Below are positions 52,208 through 62,264 of a stretch of DNA of 64,000 nt, piece by piece. Position 1 is the first letter of the stretch. Each line of letters opens with the position of its first letter. Under the pieces are notes generated by a model. That model searched no databases, was not told the origin of the DNA, and saw only the letters and a program-made list of their open reading frames with translations. Origin of the DNA: Actinomycetota bacterium (GTDB lineage: Bacteria; Actinomycetota; UBA4738; JBBDHU01); the NCBI GenBank assembly GCA_040880465.1, contig JBBDIK010000011.1:103843-167842 (forward strand), given 5' to 3'. The translations under genes were made by a program, and so were the position numbers.

Positions 52208-53532
52208 CGGACTCCGCCTCGCGCGAGCGCCAGGTCGATGGTCTCGTTCAGGTGCGACTCCACGTCCCGCTCTCCCTCGATCGCGACCGCGCGATTCTCC
52301 ATGAACACGACCTCCGCGCCCGCGTCGATCGCGGTGCGGCAGGCCACGTCTACCGCGGCGGCCTTGAGCTCCGTCAGGAGCACCTGATATCCGGCTGTTC
52401 GATCCATGTCTTCTCGCAATCGGGCTCGGTCCGCGAGGTGTGCGCTTCGGCCCACCACCCGGCATCCGGTTTCGGCTTCGAGGTGTGCGACGTGCCGTTC
52501 GGCGACGGCCTCAGGAGCCGTCGTGGCCAGGAACACCGTCTTCCCCTTGACATCGCCTGATGGATGCGGCTCGAAGTCTGTGACGACGAGCCGGGCATCC
52601 GCATGCCAGCGCGTGACGTGGGATGTGAGGGGGGAAAGGTTCTGGGCCCCGTTCGGGCTCTGAGCCATGGTAACAACCACCAGGTCCGAGCGCAATAGTC
52701 GATAGGGTCCCAGGTAGCCGCCCACGTATTCGGGCGGCGAGGAGGCAGGAACCACCAGGATGCCGGTGTCCCAAGGGATCGGAGGCACGGTGGAGCCACT
52801 GCCCTCAAGCACGATCAGCTCAGCCCCGGCGTTCACGGCCACCTCCGCAGCTTCCCGGGCGTTCGTCGCGTAGGCGGCCCCGGCCATCCCGCCCCCGGCC
52901 CGCCTGGCCCCAACGGTGGCGACGCCCGCCAGGAGTGCGTCCTCCAGGTAGTCCGATGCGGCATGCTGGCCCTCGTCCAAGAGCTGGAGGAGCCGCTCGA
53001 GTGTCACGCTCCCCGCCTCGGCGAACTGGGGCGCGGCCGGTCCGCCCCGTCCCATCGCAACCACGATGGGCCGGAGGCCGCGATCCGCAGCAGCGCGAGC
53101 GAGCTGCCCGCCGATCGCGGTCTTGCCGGTGCGCTTCCCGGTGCCGATCACGGCGATCGTCGGGACGGGCAGCGGCGGTCCATGGACGGGCGGGTCGAAC
53201 CGGAAGTCCGATCCCAGGTACGGCACCCCCGCAGCAAGCGCGACACCGATCAAGCCCATCCGCTCGCGGTAACCGAGGATCGGTTCGTCGGACAGATCCA
53301 GAACGGCTTCCGCCCGGACGCGCTCGAGAGCGGCGCGAAGCCCGCCGGCCTGATCGTCCCCGGCCTCGAAGGTCGTGACCCCGAGATCGGGGGGCGCATC
53401 CGGATCGACCTTCTCGGTCCCCCCGAGGAACAGGGCAGCCACGACCTCATGGCCACGGCTGCGTGCGGCTGCGAGGCCCCAACGCGTCACCGACGGATAG
53501 TGCTCTCCGTCGACCAAGACGAGAACCTTCAA
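52204..53532 (-). CDS. Cyclic 2,3-diphosphoglycerate synthetase-like protein
   Basis: N-terminal MKVLVLVDGEHYP motif and an internal P-loop GTGKRTGKT, about 440 aa, as in archaeal cDPG synthetases. TTG start with AAGGAG RBS. Assignment is from recalled motifs only. Confidence 0.5.
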   Translation of the reverse strand: MKVLVLVDGEHYPSVTRWGLAAARSRGHEVVAALFLGGTEKVDPDAPPDLGVTTFEAGDDQAGGLRAALERVRAEAVLDLSDEPILGYRERMGLIGVALAAGVPYLGSDFRFDPPVHGPPLPVPTIAVIGTGKRTGKTAIGGQLARAAADRGLRPIVVAMGRGGPAAPQFAEAGSVTLERLLQLLDEGQHAASDYLEDALLAGVATVGARRAGGGMAGAAYATNAREAAEVAVNAGAELIVLEGSGSTVPPIPWDTGILVVPASSPPEYVGGYLGPYRLLRSDLVVVTMAQSPNGAQNLSPLTSHVTRWHADARLVVTDFEPHPSGDVKGKTVFLATTAPEAVAERHVAHLEAETGCRVVGRSAHLADRARLREDMDRTAGYQVLLTELKAAAVDVACRTAIDAGAEVVFMENRAVAIEGERDVESHLNETIDLALARGGVR

Positions 53533-53607
53533 TCCCCCGGCTCCTTACTCTGATGGTGTGCGCGGCTCCGGATACGGGGCGCCGGTCAGGGCGTCGGCCC
53601 CGGTCCT

Positions 53608-54408
53608 TCAGTCCCCTCGTTCACGGACGCCCACCGGGTCTTCGGTAGTAAGCGCCTCCAATTCCCGGAAGTACTGCGCGCCGGTCGATAGCGAGAAGTG
53701 CGCCAGCATGGTCTCGCCGCCGAAGGGGAACTTCCGGAAGATCTTGACCTCGTCCCCGTCGTACTGCAGCACGTTGTAGCACGGCTTGGTGTACCCGCGC
53801 AGGCGCAGGGACGCGACCGTCCCCGCGTTCGCGACCCAGAGGTTCTCCAAGTGCCACACGTACGGCACGTGCTTGTGACCGGTCAGCACGATGTTCACCC
53901 CGGAGGTGATCAACACCTCCAGCAAGTCGCCGGCGTCGTTGACCACGCTGCGCTCGCGTCCCGTGCCCGGCACGGGAAGCAGGTGGTGGTGGATCGTGAA
54001 GATCTTGAGGTCGGCGGACTCGGCGAACTGCTCACGGATCCAGCCGTACTGCTCGCGGCCGATCTGGCCCTCGTTGATGTCGGGCTCGCTGGAGTCGGTA
54101 CCGACGATCCGAACGCCCCCGACATCCGCCGACCACCGACGCGGGCCCACCAGTTCCTCGAAGTGGACGTAGCCGACGTTGCGCGCGTCGTGATTGCCGG
54201 TGACCGTGTGGACGGGGGCTTCGATGCGCTCCCGATAGGCCATCCAGTTCTTGTACTCCTGGCGGTAGCCTTCGTTCGTGAGATCGCCCGTGCAGACCAC
54301 GACATCGGGCTGCATCTCGTTCAGCTCGGCGATGACGCGATTCATGAGGTTCGGGACGAAGTAGGGGGACCCGACGTGTGGATCGGAGATGTGGGCGATG
54401 GTGACCAC
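53608..54408 (-). CDS. Calcineurin-like metallophosphoesterase
   Basis: Motifs DPH, GDLT, GNHD and GHKH. GTG start. Confidence 0.8.
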   Translation of the reverse strand: MVTIAHISDPHVGSPYFVPNLMNRVIAELNEMQPDVVVCTGDLTNEGYRQEYKNWMAYRERIEAPVHTVTGNHDARNVGYVHFEELVGPRRWSADVGGVRIVGTDSSEPDINEGQIGREQYGWIREQFAESADLKIFTIHHHLLPVPGTGRERSVVNDAGDLLEVLITSGVNIVLTGHKHVPYVWHLENLWVANAGTVASLRLRGYTKPCYNVLQYDGDEVKIFRKFPFGGETMLAHFSLSTGAQYFRELEALTTEDPVGVRERGD

Positions 54409-54492
54409 GCAGTCAGTCTATCGGAGGAGGCGACGACGCATGTTGGGAGGCAGGTTGGGACGAACGATGAGAGGTCGATGCGCCGCGAGCCG

Positions 54493-55788
54493 CTACGCGG
54501 CGGCGACGGCCGGGCGGTGAAGCAGGGCAAGGACCTCGTCGATCCGCTTGTCCGTCTCGCCCGGCCAGTCCGGGGCTTGGACGCGGAACGGACCGGTCGC
54601 AAGGTGCATCGCGCATAACGCCTCACGCCAAGCCAGTTCTTCATCCCCCCCTCCGCGGAGGTGCTCGAGAAGCGCCTTGCGCAGCATGACTCGGTACGCG
54701 AGGGGTCGTCCCTGCGCCTCGGGGGCGTACGCGTGCAGGACGCGAAGATGCGCCAGCATGTTCGCCGCGTCCATCAAGGGATCGCCCGGACCGCCGTCCT
54801 CCAGGTCGATCAGCCCGATCGAGAACTCGTCGTCCACGAAGATCTGACCCTCGTACAGATCGCCATGGACGGTGAAGGTTTCGGCTAGGGGGCGCGCCGC
54901 GCGTTCCGCCAGCTCGTGGTAGGCGTCACGGATCTCGGCGTACCGGTGCGGCCGCAGATGCGCGAGGAGGCGGCCGCTCAGCCGGATCGAGGCCGCTGCG
55001 TCGCCGAGGTCAGGTGCCCCCAGCCACCGAACCCGCGCGAGCCGCTCAAGCAGCCCGACCAGCCGGTCGGGATCAGGAAGGGCGCCGCCGGACTCGATCA
55101 GGTCACGCAGGCAGGTCCCGCCGATCTCGGGGAACAGGGCCACGCCTCGCAGCCCCTCCGCGACCCGTGGGCGCACCATCCGAATACCCGTCTTCGCGTA
55201 GCTGCGATGGGCGTCGAAGATGCGGTCGAACGCGTCGTCGCCCACGACCTTTCCGTACAGGGTCTCCCGGTGCCTCCCCAGCCCGGCAACGGTGTAGCGG
55301 AACGCCGCGCGCTGCCCTGGGCGGTACCGCAGCGGCGTCACCGAGATCGCCGCGGGCCGGCGGACGTCGGACGCGTCGCGCACCGTCGGCCCGTGTGCGG
55401 CATCGGGGAGGCCGGCCAGCACCGGGTCGTACGGGAACACCCAGGCGGTCACCCCGTCGATCTCTTCCACGGGGTCGCTGACGCCGAAGCGGGAGCCGAA
55501 CTCGGGTGACGGCGCTACGACGTCGACGCTGCGCGCGCGGGTTCGCAGGCAGACCGTGAGCAGCCGCACCGCTCCCGATCCGGAAACGGCCTGCACGCGG
55601 AACCGCACCGTTAGCGCCCGGCCCGGGCGATAGAGGGCCTGAAGCACCCGCACATCGGTCGCGTGCCACCCGCGCCGGCCGAGGAACCGTTCGAGCAGAT
55701 CCCCCGACGGCTCGCGCCGGAAGAGGGCCCCTGCGAGCGGGAGGTCGGGGTCGACGGGCGGGGGCGGGACCGCCAGCGGTTGATCCAT
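54493..55788 (-). CDS. Aminoglycoside-phosphotransferase-fold kinase, maltokinase (Mak/Pep2)-like
   Basis: Catalytic region VHGDLYEGQIF...IDLEDGGPGDPL resembles the HGDLHLGQ...IDFEGEP region of maltokinases. About 430 aa. Confidence 0.55.
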   Translation of the reverse strand: MDQPLAVPPPPVDPDLPLAGALFRREPSGDLLERFLGRRGWHATDVRVLQALYRPGRALTVRFRVQAVSGSGAVRLLTVCLRTRARSVDVVAPSPEFGSRFGVSDPVEEIDGVTAWVFPYDPVLAGLPDAAHGPTVRDASDVRRPAAISVTPLRYRPGQRAAFRYTVAGLGRHRETLYGKVVGDDAFDRIFDAHRSYAKTGIRMVRPRVAEGLRGVALFPEIGGTCLRDLIESGGALPDPDRLVGLLERLARVRWLGAPDLGDAAASIRLSGRLLAHLRPHRYAEIRDAYHELAERAARPLAETFTVHGDLYEGQIFVDDEFSIGLIDLEDGGPGDPLMDAANMLAHLRVLHAYAPEAQGRPLAYRVMLRKALLEHLRGGGDEELAWREALCAMHLATGPFRVQAPDWPGETDKRIDEVLALLHRPAVAAA

Positions 55789-55793
55789 GTCGC

Positions 55794-56600
55794 TTACTTG
55801 GAAGCGTGGGTCCCGGTCGGCGAGTCCTGAGCGGTATCCGGACAGGAGTTGTCAGCCGAGTTGTATGCGGAGTTGTTCGCGGAATTGCCCGGCGAGTCGA
55901 ACCCGGAGTCCCCGATCGAGTCGGCTCCCGAGTTCTTGTAGGAATCCCCTCCGGTCTTGTGGACCGAGTCCCCGCCCGAGTCGTAGGCCGAGTCGTGGGC
56001 GGAGTTGCCCGGCGAGTCCTTGCCCGAATCGCCGATGGAGTCGGGACCCGAGTCCTTGTTCGAGTTGGTGGTCGTGTCGTGGGCCGAGGTTCCCGCCGAG
56101 TCGTACTTGGAGTTCAGCTCGGAGTTCCCGATGGAGTCGACGCCGGAGTCCCCGATCGAGTCGGGTCCTGAGTCCTTGTTCGAGTTGCCCGCAGAGCATT
56201 CGGCCGACTTGCCGGCGGAGTTGTACTTCGAGTTCACCTCGGAGTTGCCGGGGGAATCGAAGTTGGAGTCGCCCTTGGAGTTCGCGCCGGATTCCTTGGC
56301 CGAACGACCGGCCGAGGCCTTCTTGCGGTTGTCCCGGTTGTGGTTGCCCCGAGCGTGACCGCCGGGCGCGTCGTCACCGGCACCGACGGCATCGTCCATC
56401 CCGTCCCTGCCGAGATCTTCCTCAGGAACCGTTACGTCCTGGCTCTCGCCCTCGACGTCCACCGTGACGGTGTCGCCCGTGACGTCACCTTCGGCCAGCG
56501 CCGGTGTCGTCCCCACGGCCAGGGTGACCGCCGAGCCCCCGACCAAGACCGTCAGAACCTTGCGCTTCCTGTTCCTCCGAAGCTTCTGGATCGTGTCCAT
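55794..56600 (-). CDS. Secreted repetitive protein rich in D/S/G/N (SGxDSxGNS-type degenerate repeats)
   Basis: Signal peptide, then imperfect tandem repeats. The unit NSNKDSGPDSIGDSG... occurs twice about 39 aa apart. GGAGAAGG RBS before the ATG at 56600. Confidence 0.5.
   Translation of the reverse strand: MDTIQKLRRNRKRKVLTVLVGGSAVTLAVGTTPALAEGDVTGDTVTVDVEGESQDVTVPEEDLGRDGMDDAVGAGDDAPGGHARGNHNRDNRKKASAGRSAKESGANSKGDSNFDSPGNSEVNSKYNSAGKSAECSAGNSNKDSGPDSIGDSGVDSIGNSELNSKYDSAGTSAHDTTTNSNKDSGPDSIGDSGKDSPGNSAHDSAYDSGGDSVHKTGGDSYKNSGADSIGDSGFDSPGNSANNSAYNSADNSCPDTAQDSPTGTHASK
55860..56330 (-). repeat. Intragenic tandem-like DNA repeats (period ~118 bp, plus shorter GAGTC-rich sub-repeats)
   Basis: GAGTCGGGACCCGAGTCCTTGTTCGAGTT at 56040 recurs nearly identically at 56158. 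GAGTCC/GAGTTG motifs recur throughout. Confidence 0.6.
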
Positions 56601-56722
56601 CCCCTTCTCCTTTATGAAGCCGATGACCTCTCCAGTGTCGGCACTGCGCCGCAACGGGCTGAGGCGAAACGGCCAGGAGGGGGCTAGCTATCGGGGATGG
56701 AAATCGGTCTGGCCCGGAATGA

Positions 56723-58966
56723 CTATTCCTCCATGACCACCCGCACGTCCCCTTCGCGGGAGAGCAGCGAGAAGGACGTGATCTCCCCCTCACGTCGGAA
56801 GACGAGGGAGACGGTTCCGCCGTTCACCTGCAGGTTGCGGAGTTCAACGGTATTCAGCCAGGAAGGCAGGTGGGGCATGTGGATCGTCAGCCGGTTCTCG
56901 TGGGCCCTGGCGGAGACCCCGAGCATGGCTTGCAGCATGAGGAACGGGGAACCCGCGGCCCATGCCTGCGGAGAACACGCGACCGGGTAGCTCACCGGCC
57001 GGTTCGGGCTCCGCCGCGTGAAGCCGCAGAACAGCTCGGGCAGCCGCATGTAGTCGGCGTGGATCGCGGCGTCGAACAGCGCCGTGGACACGCGGTTGGT
57101 CCCGCGCACGAAGCCGTAGCGCTTGAGCCCCGCCGCGATCAGGGCGTTGTCGTGCGGCCAAACGGAGCCGTTGTGGTAGCTCATGGGGTTGTACGCCGCT
57201 CCGGTCTTGGAGAGCGTCCGGATCCCCCACCCGGAGAACATGTCCGGGGCCAGGAGCCGCTTCGCGACGAGCTTGGCCTGCTCGGGGTCGGCGATCCCGC
57301 AGTAGAGGGCGTGCCCCGGGTTCGACACGATCGTGCGAACCTGGCGCTTGTCCTTGTCGAGGGCGCCGGCATAGTACCCCTCGTCCTCCATCCAGAAGAC
57401 CTCATTGAATCGGCGCTTCAGTTCCTGGGCTTCGACGCGTAGCCGGGCGGCCGTCTCTTGGTCGCCCAACGCATCGAACACGTCGGCCATCCGGGTCTTC
57501 GCGAGGTATACATACGCCTGGACCTCGACCAGGGCGATCGGCGGATCGGCGAGCCGCCCGTCCGCGTGCGTCACGGAGTCCCACGAGTCCTTCCACCCCT
57601 GGTTGCGGATGCCTCGCGGGGAGCGGGTCTTGTACTCGACGAAGCCGTCACCGTCCATATCGCCGTAGGTGTCGATCCAGTCGAGCGCCGCCTTCGCGGC
57701 GGGGAGCATCCGAAGCGCGAACTCGCGGTCGGCCGTCCACCGGAAGTACTGCGCGAACAGGATCAGGTACCACGGCGTGGCATCCACGGAGCCGAAGTAG
57801 GGCGAGTGCGGGACGATGCCGGCACCAGCCAGCTCCCCGTGCCGGATCTCGTGCAGGATCTTCCCCGGGTTCTCGTCGCGCCAGGGATCGTCCTCCTTCC
57901 CCTGGTAACGCGCCAACAGCTCCAGCGCCTCGCGGGCCGGGCGCGGGTTGACCATGAGCATCTGGTGCGCGGCGATCAGCGCGTCCCGCCCGAAGATCGT
58001 GACGTACCAGGGGATCCCCGCCGCGAGGACGCTCCCCTCCTCGGTCCTGGTGTAGAGCGCCCGCATGTCCCGCAGGCTGCGCGACAGGAGCTGGTTGAAC
58101 ACCTCGTTGTCGGTGACGATCTGCGTGGACTCGCGCTCCCATTCCTCGTAGGAGCGGCGGAGGGTGTGCACCGCGGCGTCGAATTCGCGTGTCGGCGGCT
58201 CCTCGTCGGCCACTACAGCCTCGACGGTGAACGCGACCAGCTTCGTCTGGCCTGCTCCCAGTCGCAGCTTGAACGTAACGTTTACCAGGTCGCCCGCGAG
58301 TTCGACGCGGGTCGGCTCGGAGGCGAACGCAACCCGGGTCTCGCGACGGACCCCATCGCGCCCGACGTAGCCGAACAGCACCTCCTTGCCCTCGATGACG
58401 GGTGGCTCGACCTCCCCCCGCTCCTCGTCGAACATGTGACGAACCTCGAAGATGTCCAGGAAGTCCGCCGCGAACGCGAACTCCAGATCCAGGGACACGG
58501 GGTGCGCGTTGTAGTTCTTCACGCGGACGCGTTCGAAGAGTTTGCCGTTGATCGCGCGGATGCGACGGATGTTGAGCGTTTGCTGCGGAACGGCAAGGAC
58601 CCCCCACTCGTACAGGTCCGGGTTGGTGAGGTCGACGTGAGACATGTAGGCCCGCTCCGCCGACGAAGAGAGCAGCACCGGCTCCCGGCCGGAGATCTTC
58701 ATGGAGAAATGCGAGAGGAACCGGGTATCCCGGTAGTAGAGCCCGAGTCCGTAGTCGCGGCGATCGGTCAGGTTCCCCCTCGTGTCCGAGTAGAGGAACA
58801 GGTCCCCTTCCTTGACCGCGAGGACCTTGCTGCCGAGCTCGGTGACGAGGACGGGAACCGCTTCTTCGCGGGGTGCTTCGGCAGGTGGACCTTCGGGGTC
58901 GGGCTTGGCGTTCACGGTCGCGATCGATCCGGGGCACGCATAGCCGGGTGACGGGCGGCCCGGCAC
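56723..58966 (-). CDS. Amylo-alpha-1,6-glucosidase family protein (glycogen-debranching-enzyme-like, GDE_C with N-terminal domain)
   Basis: Large (alpha/alpha)6-barrel glycoside hydrolase signature regions (e.g. GIPWYVTIFGRD, NQGWKDSWD, VWPHDN). The exact start is uncertain. Confidence 0.75.
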   Translation of the reverse strand: MPGRPSPGYACPGSIATVNAKPDPEGPPAEAPREEAVPVLVTELGSKVLAVKEGDLFLYSDTRGNLTDRRDYGLGLYYRDTRFLSHFSMKISGREPVLLSSSAERAYMSHVDLTNPDLYEWGVLAVPQQTLNIRRIRAINGKLFERVRVKNYNAHPVSLDLEFAFAADFLDIFEVRHMFDEERGEVEPPVIEGKEVLFGYVGRDGVRRETRVAFASEPTRVELAGDLVNVTFKLRLGAGQTKLVAFTVEAVVADEEPPTREFDAAVHTLRRSYEEWERESTQIVTDNEVFNQLLSRSLRDMRALYTRTEEGSVLAAGIPWYVTIFGRDALIAAHQMLMVNPRPAREALELLARYQGKEDDPWRDENPGKILHEIRHGELAGAGIVPHSPYFGSVDATPWYLILFAQYFRWTADREFALRMLPAAKAALDWIDTYGDMDGDGFVEYKTRSPRGIRNQGWKDSWDSVTHADGRLADPPIALVEVQAYVYLAKTRMADVFDALGDQETAARLRVEAQELKRRFNEVFWMEDEGYYAGALDKDKRQVRTIVSNPGHALYCGIADPEQAKLVAKRLLAPDMFSGWGIRTLSKTGAAYNPMSYHNGSVWPHDNALIAAGLKRYGFVRGTNRVSTALFDAAIHADYMRLPELFCGFTRRSPNRPVSYPVACSPQAWAAGSPFLMLQAMLGVSARAHENRLTIHMPHLPSWLNTVELRNLQVNGGTVSLVFRREGEITSFSLLSREGDVRVVMEE

Positions 58967-59026
58967 CTCACGGAAGCGAGTCTAGGTTCGGTCATAGCCT
59001 CTTTCAACGGTATCGGCGCGTTTCAC

Positions 59027-59899
59027 TCAGCCTTGCGTGACGATCGCGCCATCGAGGTCGGGAACCACCCGGAGTATCCGCCACCCGTCCCCCAGATCGG
59101 GGACCTCGCGTCCCCCGTCCCGCTCGAATGCCAGGAGCGTCGGCCCGGCCCCCGACACACAGACCGGGACCCCGTCGTCACGCAGCCGATCGAACACGGC
59201 CCTCGCCTGCGGAACCAGCGCGAGGCGCGCGTCCTGGTGGAGCCGGTCCTGCAGGGCCTCGCCCAGGAGTTCGGGGGACGACGACAGGGCTACCGTCACC
59301 AGCGCTGCGCGCGACACGTTGAAAACCGCATCGCCGAACGGGACGTCGGTCGGAAGCGCCCGGCGCGCCTCCTCGGTCGGGATCCGCTCGCCCAGCGGGA
59401 TGAGCGCAACGGCGCGGATGCCTGCTGCGAGGGACAGCCGTTCGGCCCGCCAGCCGCCCTCCACCGATGGGTAGGAGAGCACGAGCCCGCCCGAGAGCGC
59501 CGGCGCGACGTTGTCGGGGTGTCCCTCAACCGCCACCGCCGCCTCGAGTCGTTGCCGCTCATCGAGTTCCGTACCGAGCAGAGCGTCGGCCAGCACGACG
59601 CCGGCCACGACCGCAGCGGAAGACGAACCCAGACCGCGTTCGAGCGGGATGCGGTTGAGACTCCGAAGCCCGAGCCCGGGAAGCTCCGCTCCGGCCTGCT
59701 CCGCAACGTGGCGCATCGCGCGGGTCACCATGTCAGTTCCGTCGGAAGAGAGCTCCTCGGCCCCTTCGCCCTCCCAGGTGATGCCGCCGGCGCTGGTGTC
59801 GACCGTCACCTCGTTGTGGAGCTGGAGCGCCAGTCCGAGGCAGTCGAAGCCGGGTCCGAGGTTCGCGCTGGTCGCGGGAACGCGGACCGTGATCCTCAC
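59027..59899 (-). CDS. thrB: Homoserine kinase
   Basis: GHMP kinase motif [14 protein letters not shown] start overlaps the thrC stop (GTGA). Confidence 0.85.
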   Translation of the reverse strand: MRITVRVPATSANLGPGFDCLGLALQLHNEVTVDTSAGGITWEGEGAEELSSDGTDMVTRAMRHVAEQAGAELPGLGLRSLNRIPLERGLGSSSAAVVAGVVLADALLGTELDERQRLEAAVAVEGHPDNVAPALSGGLVLSYPSVEGGWRAERLSLAAGIRAVALIPLGERIPTEEARRALPTDVPFGDAVFNVSRAALVTVALSSSPELLGEALQDRLHQDARLALVPQARAVFDRLRDDGVPVCVSGAGPTLLAFERDGGREVPDLGDGWRILRVVPDLDGAIVTQG

Positions 59900-60951
59900 A
59901 GACCGAGCTCCGCAGCGACGACATCGGGATCGGCGGGTACCACAGGCGGGTGGCTCGCGCCGGACATCGCCCACTCAGGATCCTTGAGGCCGTGACCGGT
60001 CAGGACGCACACGACCGTCGAGCCCATCGGGATGCGTCCATCCTCCATCACATGGAGCAGGCCGGCGACGGAGGCGGCCGAGGCCGGTTCGGCGAACAGA
60101 CCCTCGTGGGCGAGACGCCGGTACGCCGAGAGGATCTCACGGTCGGTGACCGCCAGGATCGCCCCGTGGGACTCCTCGGCGGCCACGACGGCCTTCTCCC
60201 ACGACGCCGGGTTCCCGATGCGGATCGCGGTCGCGATGGTTTGCGGGTCGGGCACCGGATGGCCGAGGACGATCGGCGCGGCACCCTGGGCCTGGAACCC
60301 GATCAACGTCGGCGCGTCTGAGGTGACTCCGTCGCCCAGGTATTCCCCGTAGCCCGCCCAGTGAGCCGTGATGTTGCCGGCGTTGCCGACGGGGACGAGA
60401 TGGAAGTCCGGTGCGCGCCCGAGCATGTCGACGACCTCGAACGCGAGCGTCTTCTGTCCTTGGATCCGGAACTCGTTGGTCGAATTCACCAGGGTGACGG
60501 GATAGTTCTCCGCGAGGCTCCGCGCCAGGTCCAGCGACGCGTCGAAATTGCCCTCGATCTCGAGCACCCGGGCGCCGTGCACCAGCGTCTGTGCCATCTT
60601 GCCGAGCGCGATCTTGCCTTTCGGCACGAGTACCGCGCAGGTCAGCCCGGCCTTCGCCGAGTACGCGGCCGCCGACGCACTGGTGTTCCCGGTCGAAGCA
60701 CACACCACCGCCTTCGAACCGGCCTCGAGCGCTTTGCTGATCGCCAGCGTCATCCCGCGATCTTTGAAGGACCCGGTTGGGTTCGCGCCCTCGAACTTGA
60801 GGAAGACCTCGCATCCGGTCTGGTCCGACAGCGGGTCCGACCGAACGAGCGGCGTCCCGCCTTCGCGCAGAGTCACGACCGGCGTCGCGTCGGTCACCGG
60901 CAACCGGTCCCGATACTCCTCGATCACACCTCGCCACTGGTGTGCGCTCAC
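59896..60951 (-). CDS. thrC: Threonine synthase
   Basis: PLP-lysine motif in [17 protein letters not shown] start overlaps the hom stop. Confidence 0.9.
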   Translation of the reverse strand: MSAHQWRGVIEEYRDRLPVTDATPVVTLREGGTPLVRSDPLSDQTGCEVFLKFEGANPTGSFKDRGMTLAISKALEAGSKAVVCASTGNTSASAAAYSAKAGLTCAVLVPKGKIALGKMAQTLVHGARVLEIEGNFDASLDLARSLAENYPVTLVNSTNEFRIQGQKTLAFEVVDMLGRAPDFHLVPVGNAGNITAHWAGYGEYLGDGVTSDAPTLIGFQAQGAAPIVLGHPVPDPQTIATAIRIGNPASWEKAVVAAEESHGAILAVTDREILSAYRRLAHEGLFAEPASAASVAGLLHVMEDGRIPMGSTVVCVLTGHGLKDPEWAMSGASHPPVVPADPDVVAAELGL

Positions 60952-62264
60952 GCGAGATCCTCTCCGGCATCATCCTCGGCCTCGACGCGCAGAACGGACT
61001 GCACCGCATACACCACTGGCATCTGACGGAGATCCGCGACCGTTCCCTGCAGGTCGCCCTCGAGCGCGCGATGGGTGATGAACACGAGTTGCGCTTCCTC
61101 CCCTGAGCCTTCCTGCACGACGGACCTGATCGACACACCGTGATCGCCGAACACCGCCGCGATCCGTGCCAGCACGCCGGGACGATCCTCGACGTCCAGC
61201 CGCAGGTAGTACAGACCCCTGAGATCGTCCATCGGACGGATGGTCCGCTCGTAGAAGCACGTGCAGCCGACGCCACGCGCTCCCGAGGTGAGGTTGCGTG
61301 CCACCGAGACGAGGTCACCCGCGACCGCCGTCGCCGTCGGATCCCCTCCCGCCCCTCTTCCGTAGAGCATCAGCTCGCCGACCTTCCCACCCTCGACGAA
61401 GACAGCGTTGAAGGAACCACTTACGGAGGCAAGCGGATGGCCCGCAGGGATCATGGCGGGGTGGACGCGGGCCGCGACCAGGTCGCCATCGAGTTCCGCG
61501 ATAGCCAGCAGCTTCACCACGTACCCGAGCTGCCGGGCGAACCGGATGTCGTCGGCAGAAACCGACGCGATGCCTTCGCGGTACACATCCGAGCCCACGA
61601 CGCGCGCATTGAACGCGATCGAGGCCAGGATCGCAAGCTTCGACGCGGCATCGAACCCTTCGACGTCGGCGGTCGGGTCTGCCTCGGCGAACCCCAACTC
61701 CTGCGCCCGAGCGAGGGCATCGTCGAAAGACACCCCGTCCTCGGCCATCCGACTGAGGATGTAGTTCGTCGTGCCGTTCACGATGCCGGTGATGCGGCGG
61801 ATCCGCTCGCCGGACAGCGACTCCTTCAGCGGCCGGATCAGCGGGATCCCGCCTCCGACCGCCGCCTCGAAGTACAGGTCCAGTCCCTTCTCGTCCGCCG
61901 CGTCGAAGAGCTCGCGCCCGAACCCGGCGAGCACTTCCTTGTTACCGGTCACGACGGGCTTCCCGCGGTCGAATGCCCCGAGGATCAGCTCCTTCGCGGG
62001 GTCGACACCGCCGATCAGCTCGCAGATGATGTCCACGTCTGGGTCGTCCAGCACCGCCCACGGATCGGCCACGAAGGCCGACGCGTCGAGTGGCACATCG
62101 CGAGGCTTACCGGGGTCGCGGACGGCGACCCGCACGATCTCCAGGCGGCATCCGGCACGCTGTTCGACGTCGTCGCCGTGCTCGTCGAGCAGTCGGACGA
62201 GGGCTGCGCCAACGTTGCCGCAGCCGAGGAGCCCGATCCGCTTCACGTCGCTCACTGCAGCCAC
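60948..62264 (-). CDS. hom: Homoserine dehydrogenase with a C-terminal ACT domain
   Basis: NAD-binding GLLGCGNVG and a C-terminal ACT domain. GTG start overlaps the lysA stop. Confidence 0.9.
   Translation of the reverse strand: MAAVSDVKRIGLLGCGNVGAALVRLLDEHGDDVEQRAGCRLEIVRVAVRDPGKPRDVPLDASAFVADPWAVLDDPDVDIICELIGGVDPAKELILGAFDRGKPVVTGNKEVLAGFGRELFDAADEKGLDLYFEAAVGGGIPLIRPLKESLSGERIRRITGIVNGTTNYILSRMAEDGVSFDDALARAQELGFAEADPTADVEGFDAASKLAILASIAFNARVVGSDVYREGIASVSADDIRFARQLGYVVKLLAIAELDGDLVAARVHPAMIPAGHPLASVSGSFNAVFVEGGKVGELMLYGRGAGGDPTATAVAGDLVSVARNLTSGARGVGCTCFYERTIRPMDDLRGLYYLRLDVEDRPGVLARIAAVFGDHGVSIRSVVQEGSGEEAQLVFITHRALEGDLQGTVADLRQMPVVYAVQSVLRVEAEDDAGEDLA

Noticed and set aside
55860-56330. 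Whether the repeats could be a CRISPR array or a mobile-element terminal repeat
   Set aside because: The repeats are imperfect, have no unique spacers, lie inside a continuous ORF with a signal peptide, and translate to protein-level repeats. No cas genes, transposase or integrase are in the window.
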